Assembly (NCBI GenBank): GCA_965603825.1
Contig: CBFDEM010000053.1
Span: forward strand, 1,178,001 to 1,242,000
Source of the DNA: Blepharisma stoltei ATCC 30299
Lineage: Eukaryota > Protista > Ciliophora
Length of the DNA: 64,000 nt
Direction of reading: 5' to 3'
In this document: positions 33,501 to 45,200 of the stretch, piece by piece
Numbering within the stretch: the stretch's first letter is position 1
How the letters are laid out: every line of letters starts with the position of its first letter
Notes under the pieces: model-generated
Database searches by the model: none
What the model saw: only the letters and a program-made list of their open reading frames with translations
Told to the model about the DNA's origin: nothing
Position numbers and translations under genes: made by a program

Positions 33501-35698
33501 TCAGTAAAGTTCAGAACGGAGCCTAAAAAGAAGAAAAGCCCATCATAGCTTCCAAAGCTTTCAAACATTTGAATTAGTGCAGGAATCGTGACTTCTGCGT
33601 GGTATTTAATTGCAGTTTGAACCACAATTTGTAAGTTGGCAGCCCTGTTGCTTTTCATCATATCATATAAGCATTGTAAAGCATTATTTGGAGTCATATG
33701 GCCAAAGAAGGCGACTAAGAAATCTTGGTTAATTCCAGCTGAGTTCACGAGGACTCTTCTAATATCGTTGATATCGCGGTAGTTCTCTAAAGCTCTCTGG
33801 GCAAGACCTGCTTGTTCACAGAGTTGGGCGATTCTTATTTTATCGTAATTGGAGAACATGTCAGTTTGGAAGATGGTTTCAGCCACCTGAGGAGCTTGGA
33901 TAATGTTCATTTCTAAAAGTTTAGTCTGGAGGTGTCCTTGCTCTGGTAAATCCTCTTTAAGAACTTCTAACAAATAAGAAGTGGCTCCTTGCAAGTTGTG
34001 CTGAGCCAAAAACAGGTCACTGATAGCATTGATGTCGACATTTTTTCCTGCTTGTTTAGCTACATTTAAAGCAGCTTCTGGATTAGTCATCATAAGAGAT
34101 CTAATGATTGACGTATAGTCAGGAGCAATATTATTCGCTTGACAGAATGCTCTAACTTTATCGTATTGTCCAGTTTCAACTAAGCTAACTAAAACTTTTT
34201 GAGGGTTTCCTACACGAGTGTTGACTTCATATGCCAAATTAACGTCGAATTCTCTTACCAAGTCACCAAGCTCTTCACTGCATTCAATTTTATCTTGTTG
34301 AATCCAAGTCTGCAGGATTTGTTTTCTGCCTTGTTGAAGCAAAGGTCTTGCAATTTCTAATGCTTCGTATTTATTTAATTTCCCCATTTCTAAAAGAGTG
34401 CTGAAATAAGTCAGCATTGGATGAGGCTGGCCTGGAACTTGTGGAAGAGTCCTCAATCTGCTAATAGTTTCTTGGTTTCTCAATAAATTTCCAGGTGCGC
34501 CTGCAGCCATTTTTGCAGCTCCTTTAATATCTCCTTGTGCCATAAGCCTGCCAAACTGCTGGACAAACAAATCTTCACAGCCCGCAAGCTTGAACCTTTG
34601 AGCCAAAGTAAAGCTAATAGACGGGGCATCTGCAATATGCCTACACACATTGATAATGAAAGGCACCAAATTTGCTTCTTCTATAGCAATTCCTAACACT
34701 TGTCCTCTTCTGTTTACTCCAAAAACAGCATCTTGTCTAGAGCTTCTGCAGGTGACAAAGATGGTGTCTTCACAAAGTCTTGTTCTGTATATTAAATTAG
34801 CGCTGACTGTTTCGAATAAATAAAGGTACCCAAACTTGGTGATCATTGCAATGACTCCATATTTTGATAACAAATGCATAGCAACTGGGAAGTCATTAGG
34901 AGCTTCTGGTGGGTATGATAATTCCATAGTGGCTTTGAATTTCTGTCCTGAAGCTGGTCTGTTGATTTCCATCACATGTACTCTGGAAATTGCTTCAGTT
35001 GCCTTTTTCTCCACAAACGAGAAGCAAGTGACTGCTGGACCGTCTTTTAGAGGGATTTCTCCAAAGCAGCCAGCGTGGCCTTCTAATATTTGCTGTTGCT
35101 GGCCACTAGTGAAATAAAGCTGCATGTGCCCATTGATTGTTTTTCCTCCATCTGGGGTTGAGATAGCAGTCAGCAGACACCAGGATTCTGACTGGTCAGT
35201 TGTATAGTTGATAATTTGGGCATTTCCTTCTAATGGACCATTCCTATCGAAAATTCTGACTGGGGTTTCGGCACCTTCCATTGACCAATGATAAACTGTT
35301 CTGGTGGTAACGATTGCAAGCTTAGAAGCAGTGAGCCAGCGCCAGTAGACGATTTGTTCTGGGAAATCATGAACTTTTAGCTTTTGCTTCACATCAAGAT
35401 TGTAAACTTGGACGAAATGTCCGCCTGAGCCTTCGTTTTTGGCTTTGAGAGCAATTATATTATGCTGAGGATTCATGATGGCTGCTTCTGCTTTCATAGG
35501 ACGCCTTACAACGTTGTTGTTGTTTTGAAGCTCGACCACGACGACCTGAGCAGAGCCATCTTGCCCTTCATCTCTGATGCAGATGTACTTTTCTGATTCA
35601 AGGGTAAGGAATCCGAAACGAAATGAGGAAGGATTGAGACCAAGTGATTGAAGATCAGCTACCGGGTAAACCCTGACTGGCAATTGCCCTTGCGCCAT
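30593..35698 (-). CDS. CLTC: Clathrin heavy chain
   Basis: 1,701 aa; LTLESEKYICIR, AIMNP propeller, CHC repeats, FDFAMPYFIQ trimerisation region. Confidence 0.98.
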   Translation of the reverse strand: MAQGQLPVRVYPVADLQSLGLNPSSFRFGFLTLESEKYICIRDEGQDGSAQVVVVELQNNNNVVRRPMKAEAAIMNPQHNIIALKAKNEGSGGHFVQVYNLDVKQKLKVHDFPEQIVYWRWLTASKLAIVTTRTVYHWSMEGAETPVRIFDRNGPLEGNAQIINYTTDQSESWCLLTAISTPDGGKTINGHMQLYFTSGQQQQILEGHAGCFGEIPLKDGPAVTCFSFVEKKATEAISRVHVMEINRPASGQKFKATMELSYPPEAPNDFPVAMHLLSKYGVIAMITKFGYLYLFETVSANLIYRTRLCEDTIFVTCRSSRQDAVFGVNRRGQVLGIAIEEANLVPFIINVCRHIADAPSISFTLAQRFKLAGCEDLFVQQFGRLMAQGDIKGAAKMAAGAPGNLLRNQETISRLRTLPQVPGQPHPMLTYFSTLLEMGKLNKYEALEIARPLLQQGRKQILQTWIQQDKIECSEELGDLVREFDVNLAYEVNTRVGNPQKVLVSLVETGQYDKVRAFCQANNIAPDYTSIIRSLMMTNPEAALNVAKQAGKNVDINAISDLFLAQHNLQGATSYLLEVLKEDLPEQGHLQTKLLEMNIIQAPQVAETIFQTDMFSNYDKIRIAQLCEQAGLAQRALENYRDINDIRRVLVNSAGINQDFLVAFFGHMTPNNALQCLYDMMKSNRAANLQIVVQTAIKYHAEVTIPALIQMFESFGSYDGLFFFLGSVLNFTEDPDVYFKYIEAAAKLNQSKEVERVIRETKFYDPVKVKDFLKDIKLPDPRPLIYLCDIHGFGEELTRYLYKNALTKYIDVYLIKLNPKAAPVVLGTLADLDADESYIKQILNTLRASCPSQPLIEEMEKRNRLRIIQSWLEDRDREGNQESAIHTALAKIYIDINRDPEDFLIRNQFYDSKIVGKYCEERNADLAVKAYTRAWGECDDELIDLTNRNSMYRAQARYLVERKNLELWAKVLSTENQHRRSVIDQVIASALPDSKDAEEVSITVKSFLKAELQKELMELLEKIVLHKSDFSKNKNLQNMLLVTAIKAEPTRVVDYINRLDNYDALEIAQYALSQHGLAEEAFLIYRKAGMNAEAIEVLLGHIGNLERASEFAERVASPEVWSRLGRAQLDADKVDDAIESYIKAKDASSYQLVIAAAERNQSFVKLIKFLMLARSQQLNQKDPIIDTELLFALAKCDMLNELEEFISNSNQADVGKVGDRCFDEKLYEAARILFASINNYARLASCLVKLKRFMEAMEAAKSANNPKVWKEVNFACVANKEFKLAMMAGLNIITHPDHLEDIIRHYEHYGYPDELIALLESGMASERAHQGIFTELGILYAKYRPKKLMEHCKNYYQRLNIPKLLRACERFRRWSEAVFLYVKYDEFDNALVTMIDHSPKAWTHEIFTDVIQKASNQDLFFRAMIFYLEEQPMLINDLLRNISAKIDHAKAVQVLRRAGHLALCLPWLQSVQMYNVAQVNDAVNELLIEQEDYETLRQSVTSFDSFDQLGLAKTLERHPLVEMRRISAYLYRINQRYPQSLAISKNDQVFGDAMETVQESKSPELAEELLKYFIGIRDKEAFCACTYVCYSFIPADVVLELSWRAGYFDFAMPYFIQTMKDMNNRITNLEKKSVAKEKKEEEKAEAQMRAPLEAMDAMQMVMPGLGSVPAIMPSMPMTGFGTMGGGFMDPAMMMSQFRTHF

Positions 35699-36234
35699 AA
35701 TAATTATACACCATATTTCAAAGCTTTGAATTGTTCAGAGTACAATAGGAAAGAAGGTATTAAAAGATGTATTTAAGAGGTATTTTTAAGAGGCTGAAGT
35801 ATTTAGATCTACTTTAAATTATTTTATTTATATTTTATTTAGGTAAGTTATTAGGCTTCACGAATTAAATTTGAGTGCCTACATATTAGAATTCTAAAAT
35901 AGTTACTTATAATTTAAGTAGATTATATGATAAGACAAAATAGATTTTGGCTTCATATTTGTTTAAGTAATTATTATCTTTATAAATCTGTTATCTATGA
36001 TCTGTTCCTAAAAATTTTAATATACCTAAATAAATGTCAAAAATTATTTCGAATAATTAAATGCAAAAGACAGTTTCAAAATAGGATATAAGGCTTCTAT
36101 TTCAAAAATATTTAAAATCCAATTTAAAATTATATTTATATATCTAGATAATAAATATATTTCTCAGCAATAAAGAGATATTAATAAATCTGATACAAAA
36201 TATTTGCTGGGGTCGCTACTTTTAATAAAATTAA

Positions 36235-39200
36235 ATGTCACCATTAGTCTTTCTCTTGATGCTGGCTCAAAGTTTTGCTTACATAATAAGCAGTGTCAGC
36301 ATTGGTACGGCATCGGTAATATTAATTTAGATTTCAGCAGGAGGAACAACTACATTTACAATAACTTTAACAGATGATTCAGGAACCACGTGCAGCTCGG
36401 TGTCAAGTATTAATTTGTATGCTTATCTAACATCAGGAAGCTCAAGTATTGGTGCTTTTAAAGGGACAACATCATCATCTTGCTCAGCGACCATCACAAC
36501 AGCAGCAATATTAACGCCAGGAACATATGATGTTACTACTTGATGTGACACCTGTACAAGCTCGGGATCTTCTTCAACTTCATCCTCTGCCTTAACAGTA
36601 AGTGCAGCTCTTTCGAAAATGAAGATTTCATTGAGCACTTCAAGTACTACTGCACAAACAGCTTTTGGATTGTCTTCCATAAACCTTTATAATCCTGATG
36701 GAAGTGCTTATGGATCATCTGCAACAATTACATTTTCATTGCTTGACTCTAGCGCAACTCTTACTAACTCAGCAGGATCAACATCAACACTAAGTAATGG
36801 AGGGAACCTCTCAAATGTTTTTAAAATTGATAAAGCAGGGACTTATACAATCCAAGCTACAGATGGAACTATATATGCTTATTCTGATCCAATAACTATA
36901 ACTGTTGGCTCAGTTAACAGCATTACGATTGATACAATTTCTAGTCAAATCGTCAACAAGGCTTTTACAATTACTTATTCATTATACGATGCAGGTGGGA
37001 ATAAAGTAACATCAGATCCTACAACAACTTTATCAGGGTCTGGAGTAACTCAAATTTCGCATCCTAGTTTTTCGTTCTCAGCATATTGCACTTCAACTGG
37101 ATCGATAACGATAACTCTTACAAGCAATTCTAAAACCCAGACCTCAACTTTTACAGTGAATAATGCAGAAGCTCAAATTACTTTGCCAAACTCTATCGTA
37201 GTTGAAGGAGAAACCAATTTTCAATACAAAATTCACCTTATTTATCAGCCTTATAACGACATGGTAATAACTATTGCTCCAAGTGATTCGACTCAATTCA
37301 CTCTTTCAGCAACTTCGCTTACATTTACATCAAGTAATTATGCAACAGATCAAACTGTTACTGTGTCTGTATTAAGGACTTCAAATAGTAATTCTCAATG
37401 AACTAGCAAGATTACCCACTCTGTTACCACTTACTCAACAGACTTTGTATCTTCTTTTTCTGCTGTTTCATCATCAGGAGACCTAACTCTTACAGTTTTT
37501 CATGAAATCACTACAGCAGTTATAATAGATTCAGTTCCTGTTATGGTTGAAGGAGGTACCAGCGTAACCTATCATGTTTATCTTTCTCAAGCTCCTACAG
37601 CCGATGTTAGAATAGCTATTTCAACCAGCGGTGGAGATTTAACGATTTCCCCGACAAATTTTTTCTTCACATCATCTACTTGGGATCAATCAAATCAGAA
37701 AACAGTGACTGTCACTGCTCCTTATTCTAGCTATAACACTGGAGGCATCAATTCATATACTCTTACTCATGCTATCTCAGCAGATGACCCATATTTCACC
37801 AACGCTGTAATTCTTCCAACTCCTTGCAACGCCTATGTCATCAAAAAAGACACGTCAGCTGTCCTTATATCTGAATCAGTGGTCTTTCAAGAAGGCTTAA
37901 CCGGATCATACAGCATCGTCCTTACAACTGAGCCACAAGACTCCGTCACAATTTCTCTTAGTTCTACTTCAACCATGATTTCATTTTCACCTACTTCTCT
38001 AGTGTTTACTAAAAGCGATTATGATATTCCTCAATCAATTTCTCTGAGTTCAGTTGAAGGAAGCTCACCAAGAGGCTTACAATATTCAATAACAATCACT
38101 CATACAGTTACCTCAGGAGACTCAAGCTATAACGGCATCACTCCTATTCCAGGAAATGATATCAAAGTCACTGCTGTCAACCCATGCAGAGGAGGCTTGT
38201 GGGCTTGGCCGCCTGGTACTGGAAAATGCAACTTATGTCCTCAAGGCTACAAATGCCCTACTTTATATGGAGATAAAGTTGCCTGCAGCTCTAACCAGTA
38301 TTCGCCACTTGGAGTATGGAACTGTATTGACTGCCCTCCTGGGCATTCTTGTGATGGAACTAATATGCCTAAACCTTGTGATATTGGGTATACTGCTGCT
38401 TGGGGTTCTGGAGTATGTACAGCTTGCACTGGGGTCTCTTGTGACTTGCATGGACATGGTAATGTAGCTGTTCCTGATGGAATGTATATAAGAGGAGATG
38501 GACACAGCTTATACCAATGTCCGCCTGGGTCAAAATGCACTGGAGGCTCTTACAGCACTTGTTCAAGTGGACAATATTCTCCGCCTGGTTCTTCTACATG
38601 CATTAGCTGTCCTTCAGGTGCATATTGTCCTAATACCAGCAGCTCTCTTCCAGTTCTATGTGATCCTTACAGTTACTCTACAGGAGGTACCGATACTTGT
38701 CATTACTGCCCAGTTGGCTACTCATGTACTTCATCAGGCAAAACGGCATGCGCAAGCGGGAAAATTTCTTTGGAAGGCTGGATGGAATGCTTGACTTGTG
38801 ATGTTTTGTGCCATGGAGGAGGGTCCTCAAGCAAATGTAGCTGGGGCCAGTATCTGGATTCTTCAAATATATGTCAGACATGTGATGCGGGCTACGAGTG
38901 CGACGGAACATATAAAAAGCCATGCCCATTAGGGTACTATTCTTCATCAGGAGCTTCAGGATGTATCAGATGTGCTATTGGAACTTATAGTAACACTATT
39001 GCTTCTACAGCTTGCACCAGCCTTTCAACAACTAAAGCTACAATAGCGAATATGGTTCACTTCGGAGAAATCGGATGCTATAGAGGTTCTGTTAAAAATT
39101 CTGGAGGCTATGCATGCACTTCTTGCCCTCCTGGAAAGAATTGTGACAATCCGTTCACAACAGTGACTTGCCCTGTAGGATATTTTTGTCCATCTGTGCC

Positions 39201-42200
39201 TCTTTATCAAAGCTCAGCAGCAACCCAAACTCCATGCCCAAGCGGCTATTATACAGGGAGCACGGGTGGGACCAGTCTTAGTTCATGCAGCTCATGTGCG
39301 GCAGGATACTATTGCACAATAGCAAGCTCAGCAGAAACTACATGCCCAGCAGGCCATTATTGTCTTGCTTATACATCTATTCCTGACATGTTTCCTTGTC
39401 CTGAAGGATACTACAGAGCCTCAACTGGTGGAGCTGCTTCATCAGACTGCTCAGCTTGCACCCAAGGATATTTCTGCCCAGAAGGAACGAGTGTCCAATA
39501 TCCATGCCCAGCTGGCACATGATGTGCAGCTCAATCTGCTTATGTCAACTATTGTGCTGCAGGCACTACATCAGCAATGTCTGCAGCTTATACCAGCGGA
39601 AGTTGTTCGGGTGCAACTTGCACTGCAGGATATTATTGCACCCCTGGATCTGCTCCTCTTCCATGCCCAATTGGTACTTATAACACAAACACTGGAAAGG
39701 GATTTGTATGGGATGCCTGCACTTTTTGTGACGCAGGCTATGCTTGCAAACAAATGGGTCAATCTGCTACAGCAACTACAAGTTGTGATGCAGGCCACTA
39801 TTGCCCTGAAGGGACTGAATTTGCCCGCCAATTTCCATGCCCTGCAGGCTACTATTCAGACTCAACTTCCTTGAATGAAGCAAGCGGATGCTTTGCTACA
39901 AATACTAGTCCTGATATTGGCTCATGTACAGCTGGCAAGTATTGCCCTCCAGGCACTGTTTCAACAACCCAAATTTCTTGTCCTAGAGGTTACTATTGCT
40001 CTCTTGGGACTGTTTTTAGTCACACAACCCCATGCAGCGCAGGCTATTATTCTTGGTCACGAGGAAATGCTGGTGACTCAGACTGTACAATTTGTCCTAG
40101 TGGCAGATATTGTATTAGAGGGGCATCTCAAGTCTCTGGCTATTGTTCTCAAGGATATTACTGCGCCTCAGGCTCCACTCTTCCTGATAATAAAAACAAA
40201 CAGTGCGGCGATGGAAAATATCAACCTTACTATAATGCAACATCATCTAGTGACTGTAAGACTTGTCCAGCTGGCAGTTTTTGTTGGGCTGGTTCTGCTT
40301 TCCCTATCCTTTGCCCAGCAGGAACTTATTCTAGTGCTTCTACTGGAAGTGATTCCAGCTGTTCTTCCTGCACTGCAGGCCAATATTGTCCTCAAGGAAC
40401 AGCATCTGGGTCTCTACTTGATTGCCCAGCTGGTTATTATTCAAATGCAGGTGCTTCTACATGCACAATTTGCCCTAATGGATATTATTGTGAGGGAGCT
40501 ACATCAGGAACAACTTGTCCTTCAGGAAAATTCTGTCCAATAGGAACCAGTGTGGATCCAACATCAGATTCAGATTATGATTGCCCAGCTGGATACTATT
40601 GCGCTTCAGGCACAACAAGTCCTACTCCTTGTTCTGTAGGAAAATATAATCCTGATACCGGGAAATCTAGCTCTAGCGACTGCACAAGTGCCGATGCAGG
40701 CTATTATTCTCTTCTTGGATCATCTTCTAATATTGGTTACTGCGAACCTGGATATTATTGCCCAGAAGGGTCAACTGGTCCATATCAATATCCTTGTCCT
40801 GCAGGATATTATCGATTCACGATTGGTGCCACTGATTCAGATGACTGCTCTTCATGTACCGCTGGATATTATTGCCCGTTAGGGACTGCTTCGCCTATAA
40901 TCTGTCCAATTGGCTACTATTGTGAATCCTCAAGCTCCACGCCTGCTTTTTGTCCGTCTGGAACTGTTGGGTTGTCTGAAGGATTAACATCAAGTTCTGC
41001 CTGCACAGATTGCCCTACAGGGTCTTATTGTTCAACTCCAGGGCTCTTAGTTCCAGATGGTTCTTGCACTCAAGGCTATTCATGTGACTCAGGTAGCTCT
41101 TCATCTACTCCAACAGGTAGTGATTGCACTGCAGGAGGATACTGTGAGCCAGGGTTTCCAGCAAAAAGAAATTGTCCTCCGGGCAGTTACAATCCCAATG
41201 AAGGTGCCAAAGATGTAAGTTGGTGTTTGCCATGCACAGCTGGATACTACTGTTTAGGAAGTGAATCAGATATTTCTACAAATTTATGTGCTGCTGGCTA
41301 TTATTGTCCTACAGGCTCATTTTGGTCTAAGCAAAACATTACTCCCTCAGGAAGTTATACGACATCTGGGCAATACACTTACACTCAATGCGCTCTTCCT
41401 CAGTATAACCCTATCTATGCTCAGTCAACTTGTATTGACTGCCCTCAAGGATTTTATTGCAATGCGAACGGCATGACTGATCCAATTGTATGTCCTGTTG
41501 GTAGCTATTGTATTACAAATCAAAGCTATTATACTCAATGTCCCATTGGAACTTTTAACCCTAGACTAGCTTTAACGCAGCAGTCTGACTGCTTATACTG
41601 TCTGCAAGGCTATTTTTGTCCAACCACAGGCCTTTCTTCTCTTTCCTCACGCAAATGTGATCCTGGATACTACTGTTATAGAGGAGCAACAGTTAATAAG
41701 CCTAGTGATGCAAATACTGCTAGTGGATACTACGGAATCTGTCCAGCCGGAGCTTACTGTCCTCAAGGCAGTGCAGGCCCGATTGCATGCCCATCTGGGT
41801 ATATGAGATCCTCTCAGCTTGGCACTCAATCATCTGACTGTACACAATGCACTCAAGGTTACTATTGCACAAATGTGAATTCAACGACTACTACTGATCA
41901 ATGCGATGCTGGATATTACTGCTTTGCAGGGTCTAGATGACAAAGACCTTACATTATTGATTCAACCCATACACAATATTGCGCTGCAGGAGAATACTGC
42001 TTAAAAGGCTCATATGAACCTACAGATTGTCCTTCGGGAACTTACCAAGACTTAGATTATCAGTCTACCTGCAACACATGTCCAGCAGGGTACTACTGCC
42101 CACAAGGGACAAGTGACTATTCAGTCCTTCCATGTCCTGCTGGCTATTACTGTCCTTCAGGAACTCAATATAACAATCAGTATCCTTGTCCATCAGGGAC

Positions 42201-45200
42201 CTATAATCCGAGAACAGGAATCACTGATTCTTCTATGTGTCTACAATGCCCTCCAGGTAAATATTGCCAGGACATAGGCCAAAGTACTTATGCAGGCACA
42301 TGCACTGGCGGGTATTTCTGTAAAAAAGGCTCAAAATCTGCTACCCCCCAGGTTTCATACCCTGGAGATTCAAATGGTGGAAAGTGTATTGCAGGGTATT
42401 ACTGCCCTGCTGGAGCTGCATATGCATTTGAATGCGATGGAGGTTATTATTGTGCTACTGGGACACTTAATGCTCCAACTGGTCAATGCAGTGCAGGCTA
42501 CTATTGCATTGGTGGGTCAACTACTGATAAACCTACTGATGGAACTCATGGTAATATTTGTCCAGCAGGCTATTACTGCCCCATAGGATCCATTTCTCCA
42601 ATTGCATGCCCTAAAGGAACATACCTGGGCTCTAAAGGAAATGATGACGTATCTGACTGTATTAATTGTCCCGCCGGAGAATACTGTGGAGATTCAGGAC
42701 TTTCGGCCCCAACAGGATCATGTGCAGCAGGATTTTATTGTTCTGGATCAAATTACGAATACATGCCGCTTTCAGGAAAATGTACTGCCGGTAATTATTG
42801 TCCAGCTGGAAGTGGCAGCCAAACATCAGTTTCTCCAGGGTATTACCAAGACCAGACAATGCAATCAACTTACAAGAAGTGCCCTCAAGGCTACTATTGT
42901 CCTAGCTCTGGAATGACAACTCCTACCGCATGCGAGGCTGGCTATTATTGCCCTCAAGGATCTATAAACCATTTAGAATGCCCAGCAGGAACTTATAATG
43001 AGAAAACGCAGCGTTGGCAGCTCAGCGACTGCTTGTCTTGCCCACCAGGCAAATACTGTGAAGGAACAAGTAACGTCAGTTGGGATGGAGACTGCCAAGA
43101 AGGTTACTATTGCAGAGGTGGCGCTGTCCAAAAAAATCCAAATAACGATGCTCAAGGAGGCAAATGTCCAAAAGGCTATTACTGCCCAGCTGGTAGTGTT
43201 TTGCCTACTAAATGCACTCCTGGCTCTTATTGCGCTACTACTACTTTAGACGTCGTTTCTGGAAGCTGCACTCAGGGCTACTATTGCTTGGAAGGAGCTA
43301 CTTCTCCAACTCCAAGAGATGGAGTTACTGGTGCTGTTTGTCCTGTAGGCTACTATTGCCCATCAGGCTCTGCAATGCCAACTCCTTGCGATCCTGGATA
43401 CTATCAATCATCTCAGCAAAAATATCAGTCTTCAGATTGTATTATCTGCCCAGCAGGGTATTATTGTGCCCATAGAGCTTCATCAGTTATCACAGGAATT
43501 TGCACTGCTGGTTATTATTGTCCTCAAGGCCAAATTACGCCAACTCCAATTGCTTATATATGTCCTATTGGAAATTACTGCCCTTCTCGTTCTGCAACTC
43601 AAACAAGCTGTGCAGCTGGTACTTATCAAGATCAAAAAGGGCAGTCAAGTTGCAAAAACTGTCCTGCAGGATTTTATTGTGACGCTGGCGCTACAACTCC
43701 TACAAAATGCACTGCAGGCTACATGTGTCCACTCGGCACTTCAAGTAGCACACGTGTCCCATGTGGTAATGGAGAATATCAACCATTTGAAGGCCAAAGC
43801 AGCTGTTTAACTTGTCCAATGGGCTACGAATGTGGAGCAGGCCCTCTTACCAGCCCAACCACTTGCCCAATTTATAGTTACTGCGTAGCAGGTACAAACT
43901 CTCCGGCCCCATCTTGTCCATCTGGAACATATACTGATGAAACAGGTCTCCAATCTAAATCTCAATGCAAACAGTGCCCTGCTGGAAAATATTGCACTAA
44001 TGGCAAGATACAAGCAGATTGTGATGCTGGCTACTATTGCATTTCTGGTTGCAATACTCCAACTCCAGATTCTTATACAAATACAGGATATGGGCAGCCT
44101 TGTCCTGAAGGTCACTATTGCTTGGCTGGAGCTACATTGCCAACACCATGTCCATCAGGGAAGTTTAGAACTCAAACAGGAGGAGCCCAATCATCAGATT
44201 GCACAGATTGCGATGCAGGTTATTACTGTATAGCCAATGACCCAGTTCCAAAAGAATGTCCAGCAGGTGCCTATTGTCCAGCTGGTTCAAATACCCCTAC
44301 TTATTGCAATGCTGGCTACTATTCTCTTTATCCTCAGCAAAGCTCTTCAACTACCTGCACAATCTGTCCATCAGGCTACTTATGTCTTTATCAAGGTACA
44401 GCTGATTATTCTAACTACCCTTGCTCTCCTGGCTACTATTGTACAACAGGGACACTCTCTTTGACATCATCTCCTGCAGGAGTTTATTCCCCAGGCTATA
44501 AAGCTGGCTCTGTTTCCGATTTAGTTGACTGTCCTTCAGGATATTACTGTGTGGAGCAATCAACTGGCTATAATTACTGTGTAGTTGGGGAGTATTGCCC
44601 TACAAAGTCTTCAACTCCTTCTACTTGTTCATCAGGAAACTACTGTGACAATGTAAGTTCAAGCCCTACAGCATGTCCAGCTGGCTGGTATTGCCCCGGC
44701 TATACTAGTGAAATGTCTGAATATCCACCTTTGATATGTCCTGATCGAAAAGTTTGCAAGCAAAGCTGCTCATCTCCAGTCACTTGTGATGCTGGGTATT
44801 ATGTGATAACTGCCACAACTATTGTCAATGTAGTAACACCTTCATGTAATGGCTGTCCTCCTGGGAAATATTCAACTGATACAACTGAAAAGTGCTATGA
44901 CTGCTCTGCAGGCTATATGTGTACTGGAGAAACTCCGACCCCAACCCCTGTAAATCTAGATACTGGCTACCAATGTGCTAAAGGGTATTATTGCCCTGTT
45001 GGAGCTTTAAAAGAATACGCATGTCCAGAAGGCACATATAGCATTGATGAAGCTCTGACTAGTTTAAGTGCTTGCACTAACTGTCCAGTTGGAAAATACA
45101 ACGACCTCCCAGGCCAAACTTCTTGCAAAACTTGCGGAACTTATGCAACAAGCAAAGAAGGGGCTTCACAATGCACTTGTATTGGAAATTACCGTGTCTA

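Noticed and set aside
36541-41940. UGA = Cys/Sec (Euplotes-like) in the Cys-rich protein
   Set aside because: The TGA codons are not at repeat Cys positions (e.g. CPAGT-TGA-C occupies the Y/W slot), and elsewhere they map to conserved Trp.
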